This document shows, piece after piece, positions 23,182-33,936 of a stretch of DNA of 64,000 nt (position 1 is the first letter of the stretch; every line of letters starts with the position of its first letter). Source of the DNA: Antedon mediterranea (lineage: Eukaryota > Animalia > Echinodermata). Position numbers and translations under genes: made by a program. Below the pieces are notes generated by a model. It made no database searches, was not told where the DNA came from, and saw only the letters and a list, made by a program, of their open reading frames with translations. Location: contig NC_092670.1 in the NCBI RefSeq assembly GCF_964355755.1, positions 39,172,388 to 39,236,387 of the forward strand. Direction: 5' to 3'.

Positions 23182-26100
23182 ATGGACACCAAGTCAAGTT
23201 TTGAGAAAGGCCGGATAGAAGCTTTGAGAGATGAGCGCATAGCAACTCAGAAGAAAACATTCATAAAATGGATTAACTCATTCTTAGTAAAAGTAAATGG
23301 AGAGGTTAAAGATCTCTTTGTTGACCTTTCTGATGGTAAGCTACTCATCAAACTTCTTGAGCTTCTTTCAGGAGAAAAAGTTGGACGACCAAATGCTGGG
23401 CGACTCAAAGTACAAAAAATTGAAAATGTTAATCGATGTTTGAAATTTTTATCCAGTAAAATACGACTTGAAAGCATTGGAGCAGAAGATATTGTAGATG
23501 GTAATCAACGTCTAATTCTTGGACTGATATGGACAATTATTTTAAGGTTTCAAATTCAAGACATACAAATTGAAGATGAGAGTAGAGAAACAAGGTCTGC
23601 AAAACAAGCTCTCTTGCTTTGGTGTCAACGAAAGACAGCGGGCTATGCTGGAGTAAATGTAGAAAATTTCACATACAGTTGGAAAAATGGCCTTGCTTTT
23701 AATGCTCTCATTCACTGTCATAAACCAGAGGTAATAGACTATGATGGCCTTAAACACAATACAAACATTGTGAACCTGAATAATGCATTCACAGTGGCAC
23801 AAACAAAGCTAGGTATTGCTTCGCTGTTGGATGCCGAAGATGTTGATGTTGCTAAGCCTGATGAGAAGTCTATCATGACATATGTAGCTGCCTACTATCA
23901 TTATTTTGCGAAAATGAAAACAGAAAAAACAGGGGGTAAAAGAATTGCAAAAATTCTTGAACAGTTACTTGAAATCGAGGTCCTTCAACATGAGTATGAA
24001 GATCTTATTTCAAAACTACTTCAATGGATTAGGGAGAAGATTGTGGTCTTAAAAAATCATCACTTTCCAAACAGTCTTGAAGGTATCCAAGAAGAGCTGG
24101 AGTCTTTCAAACACTTCAGGATCGTAGAAAAACCTCCCAAGTATGTGGAAAGAAGCAACATTGAAGGCACATTATTTAGCTTGCAAACAAAGATAAGAGC
24201 AATTAACAGAACAGCATATGTTCCTTCTGATGACAAAGTATTAAGAAACATTGAACGCTCATGGGATGAAATGGAGAAGGCTGAGCATGGTAGAGAACTT
24301 GCTCTTAGAGAGGAATTAATTCGACAAGAAAAGTTAGAACGACTTGCTCAAAAATTTCATAGAAAATCTTTGTTGAGAGAATCATGGATTGATGACATGA
24401 TTAGCGTTTTGAGTGACACTTTAGTTCCACATCTAGATATACAGATGATTGAGGCAGCAACAAAACGACAAGAAGCCATTTCTGCAGATGTAGCAGCGCG
24501 TGAAGAGCGCTTTACAGACCTAAAAAAGATGGCTACTGATCTTATCAATGGTAACTATCACAGCATGGAAGATGTTAAGAGACGTGGTGATGACATCTCA
24601 GTGAAATGGAGTCGTCTACATAATCTCCTAGAAAACCGCCAAGAAATGCTCAATAATATGAAAGACCTTATAAGCCTGTTCAGAGAAATAGAGAACATAA
24701 AAAGTGAACTAAATGAAGCTGAAGTTGGACTCCAATCTACTGATTGTGGTAAACATATCTTAGGTGTTGAAAATCTTTTGCAGAAACACTCTTTAATTGA
24801 AGTAAACATTGCTTCCCAAAACAAAAGATTAGAGGTTGTAAATTTGCAAGCTGACAGATTTGTAACTAGTGGTCATTCAAAAACTTTGGATATTAAACGA
24901 AAGGTTGCAGATGTAAATTTGACATTTCAGTCAGTCACACTACTTTGCGGAAACAGACAAGCTGCGCTAAAAGCATCTCATAACTTTTTCCAGTTCTTTC
25001 AAGAAAGTGATGAGGAGGAATCATGGATGGCAGATAAACAAAGAATTGCAAAATCTGTGATTACAGGTCGTGATCTTAATGCTGTTTTAAGTATGCAGAA
25101 GAAACATACTGCCTTGGAGTCTGAGATAACAGCAAGGCAAGCCATCATTGAAGGTGTTATAGCTACTGGTGAAGAGTTGATTAATTCTGGACATACCAAA
25201 AGTTCAAAGGTTAAGAGAAGAATAGATGAACTTAGAGAAAAGTGGAATAAATTAAATGAATTTTGTGAATCAAGAAAAGTTCGACTTCAGGAGTCAGCAG
25301 CAGCACATCGATATTACACAGATGCAAATGAAGCAGAGTCATGGATGAGAGAAAAGATGCCTTTGGTTTGCAGTCATGATTATGGAAAAGATGCTGTAGC
25401 AGCAACTACTTTATTGCAGAAGCACATTGCACTTCAAGAAGAAATAAATGCATATTCTGATGATATACAGAAGCTAGATAAAGAGTCTGCACATGTAATT
25501 AATAGTTGCATGTCATACGAAGATGTTGGTGTCCATCAGCCTGAATATAACATAAACAACAACATATCTATAGATGTACCAGATTGCAGTACAGAAATAA
25601 TTGATATTCCATATGAGGTAGAAGAAGAGCAGGAGATTGAAAAAGAAATAATCAAGGAAGTGGTGCAAGAAAAACGTTATCCACAAGTCAGGACAATGTT
25701 TAAATATGAAGGACATGGAATGAAGATTATCAAAGGAGAAACTTTGATTCTGATTGAGAAAGCCAACAAGGATTGGTGGAATGTAAGACAAAGTACTGGT
25801 ATTGAAGGTTATGTACCTGCAAATTATGTTAAAGAAATAGAACCCAAGGTAGTTACAAAGAAAATTCCAAAAAAAGTGAAGGTAACTGAAAAAAGAATTG
25901 TGAAAAAGATAGAAATGAGACAAGAAGTAGTATCAAAGAATTCAAAACCAAAACTTACACGCCAATCAAGTTTGAAAAGACGAGCATCAATACATTTTGA
26001 CAAAGACAACATAGAGTCAAGGCAGCAAGGAATAATGGCCACATATAAGAGACTTCAAAAATTATCTAACGCGCGAAAGCTCTATTTGCAAGACGCTATA

Positions 26101-29100
26101 AAATTGTTTGAATTTTATAGAGAGTGTGATGACTTTGAAGTATGGATAAATGACAAAAAACAGTTAGTTATAAGGAAGGAGACACTTTCAGGTAACATTG
26201 TGTCCAGCCGAAGAAAATTTGAACAATTTCTGACTGACATTTCTGCCAATCAAGGAAGAGTATTACGTCTAAACAAAATGGCTGATGAATTTGTTGAGAC
26301 TGGACATAGTAAACAGGTTGAAGTGAGAAAGCGCCAAAGCGAAATAAATTCCAGTTGGAAACAATTGCTTCAGTTAAAAAATAACAAGGAAAAACAACTT
26401 GAAGGTGCTTCTACGATTGAAATTTACAATCAATCAGCTGGTGAAACCAAAGAATGGATTCTGGAAAAGATTTCTGGAATGAATGATATGAATCCTGGTA
26501 CTGACCTTTCTATTGAAGATCTCCAACGAAAACAAGAACATTTAGAAAGGGAACTTATTCCAGTACAACAGAATCTTAAGAAGCTTGGATTACTTGCTAC
26601 AGCTGTAAAATCATCTTATCCTGACGAAAGTGAACATATTGATGACAAACAAATAGAAATAAAGAAATTGTGGCAATCACTTAACAATAAGGCTGATGAT
26701 AGAAAGAACCAGTTCAAGCAAACTAGGGACCTAAAACGTTTTCACCAAGATTGTAAAATGGCATTTCAAAAGAACCAAGAAAGCTTGCACCATTTAATGG
26801 ACACAGAATTGCCGAAAGATGTCAATAGAGCTGTTGATCTTCTAAATCAAAATAAAGAGTTAGAGCATAACCACAGAATCAACGATGACAAAGTGGAAGA
26901 TATTATAACACTTGGTTCAAGCATTATGAAAGTTATACCGGATTCTGTTGCTATTAAACACAAGATAACAAGATTGGAGGAGGAGAGGAAATTGATTCAA
27001 GATAAATGGACCAAGAGAAATTGCCAGCTAGATAGTTGTTTAAAACTTGCCTTATTTAATCGTGAAGCTGATCAAATTGATGTTTCAACTAATGGACATG
27101 AAGCATTTTTGGACTTCAATGATGTAAGTGATTCTGTAGATGGAGTTGAAAACCTTCTGAAACGGCACAATGATTTTGAGCAAACTTTACTTTTTCAAGA
27201 AGAAAGAATTAATAATCTGAAATCTATGACGCAAACATTATGTGAAAATGAGCATGTTTCCAAAGATGATATACTTAAACGTAAAAACGAAGTAATTCAA
27301 CAAAGAGAAATTGTGAAAAAAAGGTCTATTGAACGGAAGAATAAATTAGTTGAGTACAGGAATTTCCACATGTACGTCCAAGAGGTTGATGAATTATCAA
27401 TGTGGATGGATGATAAACTTGCACTTCTAAGTGATGAAACTTTTAAAAATCTTATAAACCTTCATTCAAAGTTGAAGAAACACGAAGCTTTAGAGGCAGA
27501 ACTACAGTCCAACAAAGATAGACTTGATGCAATCTCTGAACTTGGACATAAGTTATTAACAGTGTCAAACTTCAAAAGTGATGAAGTTCAGGTAAAACTT
27601 TCAACATTAAACAAAAAATGGAACCAACTTAGTATCTTGTGGCAGGAAAGAGGAGTCAAATTAAGACAGGCAATGCAACAAAAGGAAATGAATGATATTG
27701 TTGACAATATTCTTGGGAATATTACAGAGATCAAAAGAAAATTATCTTCAAAAGATGTTGGACATGACTTATCATCAGCTAAGCGACTTCTAAATTACCA
27801 TCAGATATTGGAAAATGATATGAGAATAAATGCAGATAAGGTGAAAGATGTGGAAAAGAAGGCAAACTTACTAATTAAAGAGGGTCACTACGATGCAGAA
27901 ACAATTACAAAGAAGTCCCTAGATGTCATACATATGTTTCATGAACTTCAAATTCCAGCAAAAACCAGAAGACATTCACTTGAAGAATCTCTTGCTGTAA
28001 AACAATTTAGTCATGATGTAGAAAATGAACTGCAATGGATAGTTGAAAAATTGCCACAAGCTTCTGATGATGATTATGGTGGGAATCGGTACGCAGCAAT
28101 AATGCTTCTAAGAAAGCATGATAAATTTGAATCTGAACTTGTAAGTCATCAATTAGTCATTAACAAGGTTATTGAAAAGGGTAATTTTATGACAACCATA
28201 CACCAAAATAGTTGCAAAGTCATTGAAGGAAAGTTCAGCGAACTTGAAAATGCTTGGGAATCATTGTTGAAGCATGTAAGTGGTAGAAGACAGCAACTGA
28301 AGTTTGCTAATGAAGCCCAAAAGTTCTTTGCAGATGCTGATGAAATTGAAGAGTGGGTGTCTGAAAAATCAAGTCTTTTGGATAATCAAGATTATGGTAG
28401 AGATGAAGATGCAACACTTAAGTTTATTGCGAGAAATGGTGCTTTAGCAAGAGATTTGGAGTCCTATACTGTTACTACAAATGATCTACAGAAACAAGCA
28501 TCATACATTAAGAAATCGGAAAACCCATATATACAAGAAGTCCATGCACGCCTGGAAGAAATAGAAGAGTATATGGAAGATTTGTCAGTTCGCATTCAAC
28601 ACAGAGATTTACAATTAAAGCAGTCAATGTTACTTCATGAGTACATCCGAGAGAGTGATGATTTATCAGATTGGATTGGAAGAATGTTTCAAGCTGCAAG
28701 CTCTGAAGAACTTGGTATTGACTTAGAAGACATCATGAAAATTAAAGAAAAGTTTGAAAAACTCAAAACTGAAGTAAATGTTGGCCGTAAAAAGGTCACC
28801 AACTGTGAAACCTTGGCTGCAGAGTTAGCAGAGAACAATCATGCTCAGACTGAAGCAATTCAAGAGGTTCAGTTGAGCATTACTGAAGATTGGCATTCTC
28901 TTCAAGATCAATTAAGGAACAGAAGTGGTAACATTGAGGCAGCAGAAGAGATTCACAAATTTAATAAAGAGGCAGACGATGTTATGAGCAGAATCAATGA
29001 TAAATTCCAGGCAATTCCCGATGACTGTGGAAAAGATTTGAAAACAGTGCAGTTATTATTACGAAAACATAATACATTCGAAAGTGATTTAGTTGCTTTG

Positions 29101-32100
29101 GATTCAAAGTTTCATAGCCTTCTAGATGATGCTACACATCTTCAACATAATTATCCTGGTTCAAATGCTGAGCAAATAGCAGCTACCGAAAAAGTTATGG
29201 TTGAAAATTGGAATAGCCTTAAAGATAAAACATTGAACAGAAAAGACAAACTACAGCACTCTTTAGATTATCAGCGATTTCTGTCTTGGTGCAGAGACAT
29301 TGATTTATGGTCAGGTGAAGTTAAATTAGAGATGTCATCAATAGACCCAGCAACAGAAATAAGTGTTTTAGAAGTTCAAAGAAATCAACTTTCAGAAATA
29401 AAAACAGAAATAATTGCACGTCAAGATAACTTTTCAGCCATTAGTGAAGCTGGAGAAATATTGCTTACTGAAGGTCATTTTGCACGAATAGATATTGCTG
29501 ACAAATTATCATATGTAAGTAAGCTTCAAACTGAATTAGATCGTACTTGGAAACATAAACAAGATGAACTTGATAAGGCGCTAGCACTGCAAGTGTTCCT
29601 ACGTGATGCCCAGCAATTGGAAGTGATGACTAAACAACAAGAAACACTTTTGACTCAGACCACAATTGGCATGTCTGTTGAAGATGTCGATGTTCAAAGA
29701 AAAAAGCACGATGCATTTGAAAAAGTACTTGTTGTACAAGAAGAGAAAAAACTTTCATTGGAAAGATTTGGCAATGAACTTCTAAGCAGTGACCATGTAG
29801 ACGCACCTATAATACAAGTTAAACTTCAAGAAGTAATGGCAAAAAGAGAAAAAGTAAAAGAAATCAGCAATGAAAGAAGCAAACAATTAAATATTGCAAA
29901 GCTCCAAAGGGAGTTTGAAAGAGACCTAAACGAAGCAAAAGAGTGGCTTCAACAGAAACTGAAAGTATTAAAAGATGATTCAATTAAAGATGTTAAAGAT
30001 TTAGAAGAAAAAGTAAAACGGTTGCAGAAACACCAGGCATTGGAAGCAGAAATTTCGGCGAATAGAACTCTTGTCTCACAAGTTAGTGAAACTGGTACAA
30101 AACTCATGAAAGCTAATATCAGAGAGGCACCACAAGTTAAGAGGGATTTAGATCAAGTTAGATTACTTTGGCAAGAAGTTCAAGAAACATCATTGAAAAG
30201 AAGTAAGCATCTGGACGAAGTTAAAGATCTTCTGCAGTTTAATGAACTAGTTGGAAAAGTACAGAGTTGGATTAAAGATAAAGAACTAATGGTAACTACT
30301 GGTGATGTTGGTGATGATTATGAGCATTGCATTGAACTTCAAAAAAGATTAGATGATTTTGGTGCCGATATGTCTGTTGACAAATCAACATTGGCTCGAG
30401 TAAATGACATTGTTATTAGACTTGTGAGAAAAGGGCAATTAGAGAAAAGTAACATCGAAGAGAGGAAAGTAAAACTGATGAACAGGTGGGATATGCTTCA
30501 AATTTCCCTAGCTCAATACCGTGTAAAACTTGCAAAATCTCTGGAATATCATAGGTTTTGCAGGGATGTAGATGACATCAATGAGCAGATATCAGAGAAG
30601 AAGATAGCAATGACCCCAACAGAATTGGTTAGAGATTTACCTGTTATCGAAGCATCACAAAGAAAACATGAAAAAATGATGCAAGCTGTTTTGTTGTTGG
30701 ACCAGAAATTAAAGAATTTAGAAAGTCATGTTTCAAAATTTGGTTCAGGTCAAGAACATTTACATACCATTTCATTAGATAAATTGAATGAAGTGAAAGA
30801 AAATCTGTGTGCACTGAATGAGTTAGCAGGCGAACACAAAGAAAAACTTGCATTTACCTATAAATATGTTAAATTCAACAAAGAGTATGAGGAGACCAAC
30901 CAATGGATAATAAATCTAGCTTCACAATTTACTCAACAAGACAATCCGGCCAGTGTCCAAGAAGCAGAAAATATATGTGAAAGACATAAAGAGAATAAAT
31001 CTGAAATAGAAGGTAGAGAACCTATGTTTCAACGAGTGCATGAACTTGGCAATGAATTATTTGGCAACAGATTCGTCAAAAATGATATTGTCAAGGAAAA
31101 ACTTGACAAATTGGTTGAGGAAAAGAATGCTCTTTATGAGAAGTGGGAGGCAAAAAAGAATTTTCTTGGTAATAGTTATGATCTTCAAGTATTTAACGAA
31201 TTAGTTGATCAGACAGAAGCATGGCTTACAAGTAAGGAGGTAATTATAATTAATGATGATATAGGCGACTCTGTTACAACTGTAGAGATTCTAATAAAGA
31301 AGCACAGAGGTATTGAGAAAACCCTTGAAAATCAAATGGAGAAGATGAATGAATTAGCCACATTTTCCAAAGATCTAGTCAATTCTAATCATGACCAAAG
31401 TACTATTATCAAACAAAAGACAGAACAGGTTCTTCAAAAGAGAGATAACCTTTTAACAATTTCAGCAAATCGAAAGAAAGTTCTAGAAGAGTCCAAGCAA
31501 CTACATGAACTTATGGTAAGCCTATACGAAGTTCGATCATGGATGGCAGAAAAAATGCATATCGCAAAAGATGAATCTTACAAAGACCTTAGCAATCTTC
31601 AAAAAAAGTTACTGAATCATCAGGCTTTCGAGACTGAACTTGAAAGTAATCAGATTCGTATCAATGATATAGTTTCAGAAGCAGAAGTAATGTGTAACAC
31701 TAATCACTTTGCCTCTAGTAATATTGAAAAGCAGATGGTAGAACTTAATAATGAATGGCAGGATTTGTTAGAATTATCACTCATCAAAGGGAAACGTATC
31801 AAAGAAGCTGCTGATGTTCTACAATTTGAAAGAAAACTTCATGACTTTGAAGGATGGTTAGTAGATGTAGAAGCAAAGTTGAATTCACAAGAATATGGTG
31901 AAGATCTCAGAACTGCTACATTGCTTCTGAAAAAACATGAGATGTTACAATTAAATGTGCAAAATCATATGGAAAAGAAGAACTATTTGGAAGTTGCAGT
32001 TGAAGAGTTTCAAGAGACAGGGCATTTTCTTGGTGACAGTATTTTAAATAGAACCGAAATGATCATTGAAAGCTTTGATGCATTAGACGCCCCATTAAAA

Positions 32101-33936
32101 TTGAAAAAACAAAAAATATGTGATCAGTGTTCCTTATATCAGTTTCTGGCAGACATCGAAGAAGAAATATCATGGATTAATGATAGGATGATAAAAACAT
32201 CTCCTTTTGTAAAGGTTGACAATTTAGCAATAGCTCAGACTCTATTTAAAAAGCATCAAGCATTGCAGACAGAGATTAAGGGTCATGAGAGAATGATACA
32301 TGATATATCAACATCGTCAGAACATCTAATAAGAGGTCGTCACTTTGCATCACTAGAGATATCATCTAACACTTCTAAGTTGCAGAATCTCTGGCAAACA
32401 TTGAACTCTACAGCTGAAAGCAGACACAAAAAGCTAAAAGAATCACTTGATATGCACACATTTTATGCTGAACTAGAAGAAGCAAGAGTATGGATACATG
32501 AAAAAGATGAAGAGATTACAAGAAAAAATATGGGAAAAGATGTTACAGCAGTTAAACTAATACTGAAGAAGTTGAATGCTGTAGACCTTGATATTGACAG
32601 CTTTCAAGGTACTATCATCGACTTGAGATCTCTTTGTGATACTTTAGTGCAAAGTCATCATTTTGGAAGTGAAGAAATTGAAGCAAAGCAAACAAACATT
32701 GAACATCAGTTCGAACAATTAAAAGATCATGCTAAACAGAGAAGACAACAATTAGAAGAACAGGAATTAATCTACAACTTTTATTATGAAGTTGCTGAAA
32801 CTCAGGAATGGCTAGCTGAAAAAAAATTGTTTGCATCTTGCGAAGATCTTGGGTCAGACTTAGAACACGTTGAAGAACTTGAAAAAAGATTCTTAGCTTT
32901 TCTTGAAGAACTTAATTCTAATGAAGAAAGAATAATTAGGATTAAAACTATGGCTGAACAATTGGTTAAAGATAAGGTTGGTAACAAAGCTATTGTTCAT
33001 AGTAAATGGGAAAATGTTTCAGAATTATGGAAGTCTGTTCAAGAACTAAGCAGTGTGAGAAATAAACAACTAGAAACGTCAAAAATGCTACATCAGTTTA
33101 ACCACGATGCAGATGAAGTTTTAAACTGGATTCAAGAAAAGGATGCAGGAATCTCAACTATGGACATCGGGCATGATCTATCATCCGTGCAGATTTTGAT
33201 AAAAAGACACAATGGATTTCAAAGAGAGCTATCTGCTCTAGAGGAGCATGTAGAAAATGTTGTTAGTCATGCAGCTGAGATTGTTGAAAGCATTCCAGAG
33301 GCGTTTCAGGATGTCAGTAAAAAGAATGATGATGTTGTTGAAGTTTGGAATGTTCTCCTTGAAAATGTTGGAAAGCATAAGGAGATGTTGAAACAAATGG
33401 AACAGATTCAAATATACTTTACTGACAGTAATGAACTACTAGCCTGGATATCAGAAATGATGACGGCCATAAACACCCATACTAAACCTTATGATGTTGC
33501 CAGTGCTGAATCCCAGTTAGTACATCACATGGAAAATCAATCTGAGATTGAGTCTAGAGCAGATCACTTTGAGGAGTTAAGTCAATTAGGAAGAGAGATT
33601 GAGCATAATGAGTTATTAGCTGAAGACATCAGGAATAAAGTCGATCAACTAGAAGAATCCTGGTATGCTCTTAATACAACGTGGGAATCTAAAAAGGACC
33701 TGTTTGATAAACAACTTGATCTGCAGATGTTTCAACGGGACATTGAAGCGGCAGAGAAATGGTTGGCAGCTCGGTATCCATTGATAGACGATGATTCCTA
33801 TTTGCAGGAGTCGGCAGATATTGACGAATTTTTTAAGAAACAGGAAGAATTTGAAACTATGATTGCGACACAAGAAGAGAAGTTCAAAGCTCTTAACAGA
33901 CTTACAATAACCGAAGAAGAACAAATTAAAAATTAA
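23182..33936 (+). CDS. SPTBN5: Beta-heavy spectrin (karst/SMA-1/SPTBN5-like), single coding exon, 3584 aa
   Basis: Two N-terminal CH domains (QKKTFIKWINSFL; AKQALLLWCQRKTAGY), roughly 30 spectrin repeats, and an SH3 insert (~25681-25840; DWWNVR..EGYVPANYV) diagnostic of beta-H. Ends in the partial tetramerisation repeat. Confidence 0.93.
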   Translation: MDTKSSFEKGRIEALRDERIATQKKTFIKWINSFLVKVNGEVKDLFVDLSDGKLLIKLLELLSGEKVGRPNAGRLKVQKIENVNRCLKFLSSKIRLESIGAEDIVDGNQRLILGLIWTIILRFQIQDIQIEDESRETRSAKQALLLWCQRKTAGYAGVNVENFTYSWKNGLAFNALIHCHKPEVIDYDGLKHNTNIVNLNNAFTVAQTKLGIASLLDAEDVDVAKPDEKSIMTYVAAYYHYFAKMKTEKTGGKRIAKILEQLLEIEVLQHEYEDLISKLLQWIREKIVVLKNHHFPNSLEGIQEELESFKHFRIVEKPPKYVERSNIEGTLFSLQTKIRAINRTAYVPSDDKVLRNIERSWDEMEKAEHGRELALREELIRQEKLERLAQKFHRKSLLRESWIDDMISVLSDTLVPHLDIQMIEAATKRQEAISADVAAREERFTDLKKMATDLINGNYHSMEDVKRRGDDISVKWSRLHNLLENRQEMLNNMKDLISLFREIENIKSELNEAEVGLQSTDCGKHILGVENLLQKHSLIEVNIASQNKRLEVVNLQADRFVTSGHSKTLDIKRKVADVNLTFQSVTLLCGNRQAALKASHNFFQFFQESDEEESWMADKQRIAKSVITGRDLNAVLSMQKKHTALESEITARQAIIEGVIATGEELINSGHTKSSKVKRRIDELREKWNKLNEFCESRKVRLQESAAAHRYYTDANEAESWMREKMPLVCSHDYGKDAVAATTLLQKHIALQEEINAYSDDIQKLDKESAHVINSCMSYEDVGVHQPEYNINNNISIDVPDCSTEIIDIPYEVEEEQEIEKEIIKEVVQEKRYPQVRTMFKYEGHGMKIIKGETLILIEKANKDWWNVRQSTGIEGYVPANYVKEIEPKVVTKKIPKKVKVTEKRIVKKIEMRQEVVSKNSKPKLTRQSSLKRRASIHFDKDNIESRQQGIMATYKRLQKLSNARKLYLQDAIKLFEFYRECDDFEVWINDKKQLVIRKETLSGNIVSSRRKFEQFLTDISANQGRVLRLNKMADEFVETGHSKQVEVRKRQSEINSSWKQLLQLKNNKEKQLEGASTIEIYNQSAGETKEWILEKISGMNDMNPGTDLSIEDLQRKQEHLERELIPVQQNLKKLGLLATAVKSSYPDESEHIDDKQIEIKKLWQSLNNKADDRKNQFKQTRDLKRFHQDCKMAFQKNQESLHHLMDTELPKDVNRAVDLLNQNKELEHNHRINDDKVEDIITLGSSIMKVIPDSVAIKHKITRLEEERKLIQDKWTKRNCQLDSCLKLALFNREADQIDVSTNGHEAFLDFNDVSDSVDGVENLLKRHNDFEQTLLFQEERINNLKSMTQTLCENEHVSKDDILKRKNEVIQQREIVKKRSIERKNKLVEYRNFHMYVQEVDELSMWMDDKLALLSDETFKNLINLHSKLKKHEALEAELQSNKDRLDAISELGHKLLTVSNFKSDEVQVKLSTLNKKWNQLSILWQERGVKLRQAMQQKEMNDIVDNILGNITEIKRKLSSKDVGHDLSSAKRLLNYHQILENDMRINADKVKDVEKKANLLIKEGHYDAETITKKSLDVIHMFHELQIPAKTRRHSLEESLAVKQFSHDVENELQWIVEKLPQASDDDYGGNRYAAIMLLRKHDKFESELVSHQLVINKVIEKGNFMTTIHQNSCKVIEGKFSELENAWESLLKHVSGRRQQLKFANEAQKFFADADEIEEWVSEKSSLLDNQDYGRDEDATLKFIARNGALARDLESYTVTTNDLQKQASYIKKSENPYIQEVHARLEEIEEYMEDLSVRIQHRDLQLKQSMLLHEYIRESDDLSDWIGRMFQAASSEELGIDLEDIMKIKEKFEKLKTEVNVGRKKVTNCETLAAELAENNHAQTEAIQEVQLSITEDWHSLQDQLRNRSGNIEAAEEIHKFNKEADDVMSRINDKFQAIPDDCGKDLKTVQLLLRKHNTFESDLVALDSKFHSLLDDATHLQHNYPGSNAEQIAATEKVMVENWNSLKDKTLNRKDKLQHSLDYQRFLSWCRDIDLWSGEVKLEMSSIDPATEISVLEVQRNQLSEIKTEIIARQDNFSAISEAGEILLTEGHFARIDIADKLSYVSKLQTELDRTWKHKQDELDKALALQVFLRDAQQLEVMTKQQETLLTQTTIGMSVEDVDVQRKKHDAFEKVLVVQEEKKLSLERFGNELLSSDHVDAPIIQVKLQEVMAKREKVKEISNERSKQLNIAKLQREFERDLNEAKEWLQQKLKVLKDDSIKDVKDLEEKVKRLQKHQALEAEISANRTLVSQVSETGTKLMKANIREAPQVKRDLDQVRLLWQEVQETSLKRSKHLDEVKDLLQFNELVGKVQSWIKDKELMVTTGDVGDDYEHCIELQKRLDDFGADMSVDKSTLARVNDIVIRLVRKGQLEKSNIEERKVKLMNRWDMLQISLAQYRVKLAKSLEYHRFCRDVDDINEQISEKKIAMTPTELVRDLPVIEASQRKHEKMMQAVLLLDQKLKNLESHVSKFGSGQEHLHTISLDKLNEVKENLCALNELAGEHKEKLAFTYKYVKFNKEYEETNQWIINLASQFTQQDNPASVQEAENICERHKENKSEIEGREPMFQRVHELGNELFGNRFVKNDIVKEKLDKLVEEKNALYEKWEAKKNFLGNSYDLQVFNELVDQTEAWLTSKEVIIINDDIGDSVTTVEILIKKHRGIEKTLENQMEKMNELATFSKDLVNSNHDQSTIIKQKTEQVLQKRDNLLTISANRKKVLEESKQLHELMVSLYEVRSWMAEKMHIAKDESYKDLSNLQKKLLNHQAFETELESNQIRINDIVSEAEVMCNTNHFASSNIEKQMVELNNEWQDLLELSLIKGKRIKEAADVLQFERKLHDFEGWLVDVEAKLNSQEYGEDLRTATLLLKKHEMLQLNVQNHMEKKNYLEVAVEEFQETGHFLGDSILNRTEMIIESFDALDAPLKLKKQKICDQCSLYQFLADIEEEISWINDRMIKTSPFVKVDNLAIAQTLFKKHQALQTEIKGHERMIHDISTSSEHLIRGRHFASLEISSNTSKLQNLWQTLNSTAESRHKKLKESLDMHTFYAELEEARVWIHEKDEEITRKNMGKDVTAVKLILKKLNAVDLDIDSFQGTIIDLRSLCDTLVQSHHFGSEEIEAKQTNIEHQFEQLKDHAKQRRQQLEEQELIYNFYYEVAETQEWLAEKKLFASCEDLGSDLEHVEELEKRFLAFLEELNSNEERIIRIKTMAEQLVKDKVGNKAIVHSKWENVSELWKSVQELSSVRNKQLETSKMLHQFNHDADEVLNWIQEKDAGISTMDIGHDLSSVQILIKRHNGFQRELSALEEHVENVVSHAAEIVESIPEAFQDVSKKNDDVVEVWNVLLENVGKHKEMLKQMEQIQIYFTDSNELLAWISEMMTAINTHTKPYDVASAESQLVHHMENQSEIESRADHFEELSQLGREIEHNELLAEDIRNKVDQLEESWYALNTTWESKKDLFDKQLDLQMFQRDIEAAEKWLAARYPLIDDDSYLQESADIDEFFKKQEEFETMIATQEEKFKALNRLTITEEEQIKN

